DNA from: Octopus vulgaris | Taxonomy: Eukaryota | DNA length: 62,000 nucleotides | NCBI GenBank assembly: GCA_951406725.2 | Contig: OX597834.1 | Coordinates: 40,010,001 to 40,072,000 of the forward strand | Direction of reading: 5' to 3' | Shown: positions 51,666-62,000 of the stretch, piece after piece | Layout: each line of letters opens with the position of its first letter | Numbering within the stretch: the stretch's first letter is position 1 | Position numbers and translations under genes: made by a program | Notes under the pieces: model-generated | Databases searched by the model: none | What the model saw: the letters and a program-made list of their open reading frames with translations, nothing else | What the model was told of the DNA's origin: nothing

Positions 51666-52206
51666 ATATATATATGTATATGGGAGTGTATATGTATATA
51701 TATATGTGTGTGTGTGTGTATGGATAAATGGATGTATTTACGTGCGTGTAGATATGTGTATATGCATATGTGTGTGTGTGTATGGATGTATGTATATGTA
51801 TATATGTGTATATGTGGGTGTGTGTATGAATGTATGTATGCACGTGTGTGTGTAGAGAGAGAGAGAGGGAGAGAGAGACAGACAGACAGAGAGAGTAAGA
51901 AGGGAGTAGTAGAGGTGCAGAAACAAAAATAGGGAGAAGTTTAATGAGAAAGAAAAGAGAAAGAAAGGAAGGGATAAAAAGAAAGAAAGAAAGAAAGGGG
52001 TAGAAAGAATGAGAGAAAGTGAAAGTATGATAGATATAGGAAGGTGTAAAAGAATCAGAAGAGAATGCAGAGGAGAGGGTGGAGGAGAAAGTTGCATTGA
52101 TATGAGAGAGAGTGAGAGAGATAGAGAGAGAGAAAGAGGGAGAGCGAGAAAGAAAGAGAGACAGACAGACAGACTGGCAGATAGACAGACAGACAGACAG
52201 AGAGAC

Positions 52207-52237
<31 letters not shown>

Positions 52238-52601
52238 AGCAGTAGTGAAGATTAGTAGAGAAGGAGAAGTGATGTGTTTAGTAGTGTGTGTATAATAAGT
52301 AGTCAGTTTGTATGTAGTAGTTGAATGGTTAGCTGATGGTATCCAGAAATGACTAATAGATACTGATGTGGTGGTGGTGGTTGTGGTGGTGGTGGCGGTG
52401 GTGGTGCTTGTGGAGGTGGTTCAACTGAATGAGCAGACTACAGAAGACAAAGAGAAATAGCTCATACGCATTCACTCAACACATGTGTGTTTGTATACAC
52501 ACACACACACACATATATATATACATACATACAACATACATACAAGTACACAAATAAATGCACATTATATATATATATATATATACATACACATATATAT
52601 A

Positions 52602-52632
<31 letters not shown>

Positions 52633-52737
52633 AACATACACATACATACATATATAAAATGCAAGGTGCAAGCAGAGTTGTGTGGTTAAGAATTTAGCAT
52701 AGCAGCCCTGTGTTCTTAGGTTCCGTCCCTCTGCACA

Positions 52738-52798
<61 letters not shown>

Positions 52799-53039
52799 CA
52801 ATTAAAGCTTTGGGCCACCCAAAGCCATCTCAGCGGATTTAGTAGACAGAAACCAAAAGACCCCAATTGCACATGTGTGTCTGGGAGTGTATGTGTGTGT
52901 GTGTGTATGTGTATGTGTGTGTGTATACGTATGAGTGTGTGTGTGTGTGTGTATGTATACGTATGTGTGTGTGTATGTCAGGTCACATATGACATCTCTC
53001 ATGGATGTTACTGGTAACATGGAATCTAGTACAACCTGT

Positions 53040-53790
53040 TGCATGGTCGGGTCATCAGTGACTAAACCAGCAACTCCACCATGCTTGCCTGGTTTGCAGG
53101 TTTGCTAGAAAGCCAGCGAGACTAACAGCAAGATCTGTCAAAAGGACATGATCCAGAGACAAGCCAGAAACAAAATATCTAGTGCCAATATGGGTCACAA
53201 GCTCAAGAATGCTTAAGATCCTCCGAGCGCTATAAATACGAAGGGCTTTGAGCCCTCTCCAAACATCCCGAGTGTTTGCTTTCCTTTTAGTTACACTCAA
53301 GCTGATTCTCATCACTAGCATGTCATCCCCGAATGCATGGGGTCACATCTTCCTTGCTCTTCCCCCTTGGTCCTTTTCCTCCTTTTTGTGTCCATCACAA
53401 TGGCAGTATGTCTCTCCTGTGATAATCGAAGCACATGGCCAGTAAACCAAGTCCTGCAAATTTCCTATGCCAGCTCTTCTAATGACCTCTTCATTTCTCA
53501 CTCTGTCCTGGAAAGAAATGTCCAGTATTAAACAAAACAGTGTCACTGGAACATGTCCAGCAACTGAGAGATCTCCACCATCATCTTCCACATTTCAATT
53601 CTATGGATGGCTGTTGGTACAACAATGAGGTACAGCTATAGTTTTATCTTCTTACGGATGGTCTTTGATCTCCATATTCGACAAAGGCATTAGAATTCTG
53701 GTGTTGCTTTACCTATCCTGGTCCTGATGTCAACTTCTGTATTACCTTCATAGGAAACCCAGCTTCCAAAGATGTGTAAAGTGTATCTAG
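53040..53790 (-). mobile_element. Degenerate RTE-like LINE RT C-terminal region
   Basis: Broken frames with L.LY..LIVPTAI, WFTGHVLRL and KRRKRTRGRARK, typical of RTE RT tails. Confidence 0.7.
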
Positions 53791-54095
53791 GACTACATAA
53801 GTTTTGGGGGACATAATGTTCTTTGATACAAGATCAGTTCTGATATAATAGACCTGGAATCAAAGATGTTCCAGCCATGACCTTCCCCTCTTATATATAG
53901 ACAAAGTGTGGTTAGAATGTCGGGGTCAGAATCATGAGATAGTGAGTTCAATTCTGGGACTGGACTGTGTGTTGTGTTCTTGAGCAAGACAAGTACTAGG
54001 CTTACAAAGTATAAGTCCTGGGGTTGATTTGCTCGACTAAAGGCGGTGCTCCAGCATGGCCACAGTCAAATGACTGAAACAAGTAAGCGAGTAAA

Positions 54096-54126
<31 letters not shown>

Positions 54127-54519
54127 AAGAGTGCGAGCAAGAGAAAGATAGATATTGATGGACTATCTCCATCAAGAGAGATGGATGGATGGATAGATAC
54201 ATAGATAGATAGACAAACAGACAGACAGACAGATAGATAGATAGATAGATAGACAGATAGATAGACAGATAGATAGACAGATAGATAGACAGATAGAGAC
54301 AGATGGGTGGGAGGAAGGGATGGAAAGATAATTGAATGAAATTATGAGTTGTGAAAAAGAGAGGGCCAAGGAGAGAGAGATGAGGGGGGAAAAGGAGAGA
54401 GAGAAGAGAGGGAGAGAGAGAAAAGAGGGAGAGAAAGATGGGAAATGAATGAAACTGAGTGAATGGAAGATGAGAGATGTTGTAGAGCAGTTGTTATGAA
54501 TGGGATGTAGCGGGGAGGA

Positions 54520-54662
54520 GAGAATTGTGAATGGGGGTGGTGCAGTGGGAGGAGATAATTGTGAATGGGGGTGTGGTGGGAGGCGGGAATTGTGAATGGG
54601 GGTGTAGGGGGGAGGAGATAATTGTGAATGGGGGTGTAGGGGGAGGTGGGAATTGTGAATGG
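54520..54662 (+). repeat. G-rich repeat, 5 copies of a unit of about 32 bp (AATTGTGAATGGGGGTG..GGGAGG)
   Basis: Directly visible. Confidence 0.85.
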
Positions 54663-55078
54663 CAACACAATAATGTGATGCAAGCCCAATGGCAGGGGCA
54701 TGTTAGCAACAGCAACAACAAGAACAACAACATCACATCCACCACCACCACCACCAACAAGAACAACAACATTTGATTATATAAAATATTTATTAACAGA
54801 TATTATAGCAATCTTTATTCCATTCTCTTTATTGAATAAAAACACACAAGCACACATACACATACATACATACATACATACATACATACATACATACAGA
54901 CAGACATACATACATATATACACATATATACACACGCGTATCAGCCAACAAGTCTTCATAAATAACTGATCTCTTCACACAAATTGACTTTGCAATCAAA
55001 CAGCCAGCAGTGTAATGTTTGAATGTCTGTGCATGTGCGTACATGTGTTAATGCATGTGTGTGTGTGTGTGTGTGTGT

Positions 55079-55330
55079 GCATTAATGAGCATGTATGAAT
55101 GTGTGTATGTATAAATGTGTGTGTGTGTGTGTGTGTGCATTAATGAGAGTGTATGAATGTGTGTATGTATAAATGTGTGTGTGTGTGTGTGTGTGCATTA
55201 ATGAGAGTGTATGAATGTGTGTATGTATAAATGTGTGTGTGTGTGCATTAATGAGAGTGTATGAATGTGTGTATGTATAAATGTGTGTGTGTGTGTGCAT
55301 TAATGAGAGTGTGTGAATGTGTATGTTTAA

Positions 55331-55366
<36 letters not shown>

Positions 55367-56220
55367 ATTAATGAGCATGTATGAATGTGTGCATGTATAA
55401 TGTGTGTGTGTGTGTGTGCATTAATGAGCATGTGTGAACGTGTGTATGTATAAATGTGTGTGTATGTGTGTGCATTAATGAGCATGTGTGAATGTGTGTA
55501 TGTATAAATGTGTGTGTGTGTGTGTGTGTGTGTGCATTAATGAGCATGTGTGAACGTGTGTATGTATAAATGTGTGTGTATGTGTGTGCATTAATGAGCA
55601 TGTGTGAACGTGTGTATGTATAAATGTGTGTGTATGTGTGTGCATTAATGAGCATGTGTGAATGTGTGTATGTATAAATGTGTGTGTGTGTGTGTGTGTG
55701 TGCATTAATGAGCATGTATGAATGTGTGTATGTATAAATGTGTGTGTGTGTGTGTGCATTAATGAGCATGTGTGAATGTGTGTATGTATAAATGTGTGTG
55801 TGTGTGTGTGCATTAATGAGTTTGTATGAATGTGTGTATGTATAAATGTGTGTGTGTGTGTGCATTAATGAGTTTGTATGAATGTGTGTATGTATAAATG
55901 TGTGTGTGTGTGTGCATTAATGAGCATGTGTGAATGTGTGTATGTATAATGTGTGTGTGTGTGCATTAATGAGCATGTATGAATGTGTGTATGTATAAAT
56001 GTGTGTGTGTGTGTGTGCATTAATGAGCATGTGTGAATGTGTGTATGTATAAATGTGTGTGTGTGTGTGTGCATTAATGAGTTTGTATGAATGTGTGTAT
56101 GTATAAATGTGTGTGTGTGTGTGCATTAATGAGCATGTATGAATGTGTGCATGTATAATGTGTGTGTGTGTGTGTGCATTAATGAGCATGTGTGAATGTG
56201 TGTATGTATAAATGTGTGTG
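55079..56220. repeat. Minisatellite, about 20 units of about 54 bp, CATTAATGAG..GAATGTGTGTATGTATAAATG(TG)n
   Basis: Directly visible; period variation comes from the (TG)n linker. Confidence 0.95.
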
Positions 56221-56294
56221 TGTGTGTGTATGTGTATGAACATCTAAAGCAGTGAAGAAGAAAAAAATGCTACATGATCAGTCCTACATTTGGG

Positions 56295-56568
56295 TAAAGT
56301 GATGATGATGGTGATGACAATGATGATGACGACAGCTGTGATGATAATAAAGATGATGATGGTGATGGTGATGATGACAATGATAGTGATGACGATGATC
56401 ACAATAACAATGAAGAGCAAGAGGAGGAGGAGGATCATGATGACAATGACAGCGATGATGGTGATGATGAAGCGAAGGATGAAGAACATAATGATGGTGA
56501 TGACACTGTTGATGGCAACAACAATGATGATGATGATGACGATGATGATAGTGATGACGATGATGACG

Positions 56569-56600
<32 letters not shown>
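56295..56600. repeat. (GAT)n-rich low-complexity tract
   Basis: Directly visible. Confidence 0.9.
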
Positions 56601-56956
56601 AATGGGAGGTAAAACATGTTGAGCATGCAAAGGCAGTATATATAAATGGAATTGCTAACCCACCCCCAGTATGTCACGGGTACTTCACACTGGCACAAAG
56701 CCATATATACCTTACAGATGATTGGAACAACACTAGCACGTTACTGGTGCCGTCCTCTGGGGTGCCAGCTCCTGTCAAACCACCCAACCCATACCAGCAT
56801 GGACAAAGGACGTTAAATGATGATAATACACATGTGTGTGTGTGTATATATATATACACACACACACATATATAGATGTCTATACATATATATTATATAT
56901 ATACATACATATACATATATATATACATTATATAAATATATATATATACATGCATG

Positions 56957-56988
<32 letters not shown>

Positions 56989-58949
56989 TACATGCATGTA
57001 CATACATACATACATACATATATATATATACATGCATGTACAACATACATTACATACATATATATATATATATACATGCATGTACATACATATATATATA
57101 TATATATACATATACTGCATGTACATACATATATATACATGCATATACATATATACACATACATATATATAGATCCATATACATACATACACATACATAC
57201 ACTTATATATATATATACACAAACATACATACATACATATTTATATATATATATATACATATATACACAGAGAGAGAGAGAGAGTGGTTGTAGAGTAACA
57301 TGTCTGCTGCAATGGTTTCAATGGTTTAAAGGATCAGCAAGCAACATGCTCTCCGTTCTTTGCGAGATTAATTCACTGCAATCTGCGATATTGGTCAGTG
57401 GCTACAACTGGCAATGTATGGAACCAATTCTGTAAAAACAGCAGCCGACTAACTACTAGTCTTTTAGTCTTCTATTAGAATGCAAAAAACTACAATACAG
57501 AGCATCATGTGGGGTGGGGTGGGGTGGGGTGGGGCAGAGGGAGTATATTTTTCCAAGTTGATTATATCTATATAAGAGTGCAAGTGTTGCATATATATAT
57601 ATATTATATATACACACTCATGTATGCATATAGACACACACACAAACATTTTCATTCATAAATAATCGCCATACTCATTATCCAAAACGAATAAAGAAGC
57701 ATCCCCATGTGTACCATATATATATATATATATATACATACACACACATGCACACACACACATATATATACACACACACACATATATATATATATTTCTT
57801 TATTGCCCACAAGGGGCTAAACATTGAGGGGACAAACAAGGACAGACAAATGGATTAAGTCGATTACATCGACCCCAGTGCACAACTGGTACTTAATTTA
57901 TCGACCCCGAAAGGATGAAAGGCAAAGTCGACCTTGGAGGAATTTGAACTCAGAACGTAGCGGCAGACGAAATACTGCTAAGCATTTTGCCCGGCGTTCT
58001 AACGATTCTGCCAGCTCGCCTATCCTTCCTTAATCTTGGTTCCCATATGTGGTGGTGCAATGGCCCTGTGGTTAGGGCAGCGGACTCGCGGTCATAGGAT
58101 CGTGGTTTCGATTCCCAGACCGGGCGTTGTGAGTGTTTATTGAGCGAAAACACCTAAAGCTCCACGAGGCTCTGGCAGGGGATGGTGGTGATCCCTGCTG
58201 TACTCTTTCACCACAACTTACTCTCACTCTTACTTCCTGTTTCTGTTGTACCTGTATTTCAAAGGGCCGGACTTGTCACTCTCTGTGTCACGCTGAATAT
58301 CCCCGAGAACTACGTTAAGGGTACATGTGTCTGTGGAGTGCTCAGCCACTTACACATTAATTTCACGAGCAGGCTGTTCCGTTGATTTGGATCAACCGGA
58401 ACCCTCGTTGTCATAACCAACGGAGTGCTTCCTTAGTTAGGTTCCCATATGCTGTTCATATTTACACTTGGTCTGCTTAGGAGGTTAAATATAGAGCTGT
58501 ATGATCTGTTTATCCTGTCGTCTGATTGCCCAACAAGGAAGAAAATGACAGAAGCAACATACACAAGGTTTGAAGGTTCAGTCCCACTGCGTGGCACCTT
58601 AGATAAGTGTCTTCAACTATAGCCTTAGGCCGACCAAAGCCTTGTGAGTAGATTTGGTCGACGGAAACTGAAAGCAGCCCATCTTGTGTGTGTGTGTGTG
58701 TGTTTCTCCTCTGCCCTACCACCGCTTGACAATCGGCATTGGTATGATTAAGTTCCGTAACTAGACAGTTCAGCAAAAAGAGACTGATAGAATAAATACC
58801 AGATATTAACAAAAAAAAAAACCAGTAGTCATGTCAATTTATTCAACTAAAATTCTTCCAGGCAGTACCCCAGCATGGCCACAGCCTAAAGGCCAAAACA
58901 ACTGAAAGATAAAAAAAAATAAGAATACGCACACACTAACACACATACA

Positions 58950-59479
<530 letters not shown>

Positions 59480-61340
59480 GAAGATTTTTACAATATGCTC
59501 TAATCTTAAAAACAAAGGAACCACTGTGCTGTGTTTGCTGTAAGTGTACACAATATACAATGGAATAAATATTCCGAAGTCTTTTGTGTCTGCAGCCAAA
59601 TATTACATTCCTTGGAATCAAGTCAAAATACTCAGAAATCTGGCCTTCTTTGGCATGAGAGTGAAAAACCATTTCAGAGGAGAATAAAAAGTTTGACTTT
59701 GTGCTTGAGAAATATGGTTGTTTAAGTGCAGTATTCAATTATATTGAGTGACCGTTCAGACTAAGTTATTCCAGATTCATCAGCAGCAGCAGCATCATCA
59801 TAGTAATCATCATTGTTTTAACATCTGCTTTTCTATGCCGGCATGGGTCGGACAGAATTTGTTGGGGGCAGATTTTCCATGGCTACATACTCTTTGCAAT
59901 GCCAACCCCTTACCTGTTTCCAAGCATTGGAAATATTTTTCCCCATAGTCAGACAATGGTTTTTGTGAAAGACTGGACATGAATGACCCCTCTTGTATGA
60001 TGATGATGATGATGCTCGTTTAGAGCCATCATATGATGTCTAGACAAGGCTACACACACCACACACACACAACACATCACACACATACACACAAGTGAAG
60101 GGTTTCATTTTCCAGTACACAGAATTATTCATTTCCGGCCCCTAATCATGCCAGTTCCTGTCAACCTGTCCAACCCATGCCAGTTTGGAAAGAGGACATA
60201 TAATGATGATAATCATCATTATCATGATTGATGGTGATTGATGATGACTGATGATCATTGACCGGTAAAACAAGCCAGCTTTTCTTTTGACATGTTCAGT
60301 TTGAATTATTCTTTTATTCTCTTACTTGAATCAGTCATTTGGCTGCAGCCATGCTGGAGCACCGTATTAAAGGGGGTTTTTTTTAGTTGAAAAAAATCAA
60401 CCCCAGGACTTATTCTTTGCAAGCCATGTACTTATTGTATCAGTCTCTTTTGCCGAACTGCTAGGTTACAGGGATGTAAACATACCAACATCAGTTTGTC
60501 AACTGATGGTGGGGAGACAAACACAGACACAATGACACACACATACGCACGCACACACACACACACACACATATATACACACACATACACACACACACAC
60601 ACACACAGACACACACACATGATGGGCTTCTTTCGGTTTCCATTTACCAAATCCACTCACAAGGCTTTGGTTGGCCTGAGATCATAACAAGAAACACTTG
60701 CCCAAGGTTCCACGCTGTGGGACTGAACCCGGAACCATGTGGTTGGGAAACAAGCTTCTTACCACACAGCCACACCTGTGCCCACAATATTATTATTGTT
60801 TTTTGTTCATTGAAATATGAAATGAAAGTGTGAAGGAAATGCTTATCTTAATGTCCATCATCATTGTCCTTTGACATCTGTTTTCCATTCTGGCATGGGT
60901 TGGACGGTTTGACAGAGGCTGCCTAGGTAGAAGACTGCACTGGCAGTGAACTGGCAGAAACCTTAGCATGCTGGGCAATATGCTTAGTGGTATTTCGTCT
61001 GCCGTTACATCCTAAGTTTAAAAATCCGCTGAGGTTGACTTTGCCTTTCATCCTTTTGGGGTCGATTAAATAAGTACCAGTGAAGCACTAGGGTCGATAT
61101 AATCAACTTAACCCCTTTGTATGCCCTTGTTTGTCCCCTCTGTGTTTAGCCCCTTGTGGGTAGTAAAGAAATAGGTATTTCGTCTGCCATTACGTTCTGA
61201 GTTTAAATTGCGCCGAGGTTGACTATACCTTTCATCCTTTCGGGGTTGATAAATTAAGTACCAATTGCAGACTGGGGTTAATGTAATCAACTGGTCCCCT
61301 CCCCCAAAATTTCAGGCCTTGATTTTTTCCTTATACTTAC

Positions 61341-61396
61341 ACCATAGCAGCCCGGAGACCGATTTGTGGTTTAAACTGGATTTGGTACTTGTATAT
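61341..61396 (-). CDS. Candidate exon IYKYQIQFKPQIGLRAAM
   Basis: TACTGTAG acceptor, open frame and a strong GT|GTAAGT donor. Confidence 0.2.
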
Positions 61397-62000
61397 CTAC
61401 AGTACCCTACTATAGTTCCAGGGGTGAATTATTCAACCCCCAAAGAATCTCAGCAAGACTTGTGCCAAAATTTGAAACCAAAGTAATCAGATAGAAAAAA
61501 GCCATGAAAAAAATAGATAAGCTCCCAGTGAAAGTCTAGCTTTCTTTCCCAGCTGAATTTGTTCCACTTCATTTGTGTCGCTTATGCTTTTCATAAATTC
61601 CATGTCCTCGTTCCCCCAGTAAACTGTGACGATGTTCATCAGTTAGAAACCAATGTTTAGGTCCATTAAGAATTCTACTTTAAATATTCTTCATTTCTTG
61701 TCAATTCTCGGAAGATTAAATTAAATTTTGATTACAAACAAATTGAATTATTGCAACAATTAATTAATTAAAAAAATATTATCATTAGACTTAATTAGTT
61801 TAAAAAAGAAACAATAATATTTTTTCAATATATTGTATGTATATACGTGAGTGCGTATAATGTGAGTTTATGGGATTGTGTATACATCAGCATGTATATA
61901 TGACTGCATACATGAATGTGTGTATATATGTGTAGAATTTCCATAAACTAACAACAAAACAAATACTTCTGTAATAAAAAAAAAAAATCACATTTTTTTT

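Noticed and set aside
58052-58130. Possible tRNA gene (also 14782-14860 and the heads of SINE families A and B)
   Set aside because: A/B boxes are present, but no complete cloverleaf, and the sequence continues into a repeat body shared among copies; these are SINE heads.
61341-61396. IYKYQIQFKP resembling the Argonaute/PIWI N-domain YxYxVxFxP strand
   Set aside because: Only 18 residues, and no PAZ/PIWI exons are recognisable in the window.

Overview
This is eukaryotic, AT-rich, mostly intronic or intergenic DNA dominated by repeats. The SINE, LINE and MITE families and the very high microsatellite load are consistent with an octopod cephalopod (Octopus-like) genome; this is recalled from repeat style, not from a database search. 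Almost all long ORFs in the supplied track are microsatellite or SINE artefacts. Well-supported content: many tRNA-derived SINE copies (some head-to-tail multimers), RTE, CR1/L2-like and RLE-type LINE relics, two Tc1/mariner transposase relics, palindromic MITE-like elements and several minisatellites. Short unique islands contain splice-bounded open frames that suggest a sparse multi-exon plus-strand gene and possibly minus-strand gene starts. I could not name any gene, and the exon calls are hand predictions that chance could partly explain. The most interesting signals are: three dispersed repeats each carrying a minimal type-I hammerhead-ribozyme-like motif (two share a CUGU core variant), two RFX X-box matches, tandem arrays built from splice-donor-like or splice-acceptor-like units, fixed-junction SINE multimers, and an ORF with an internally repeated TTxxxxY peptide.
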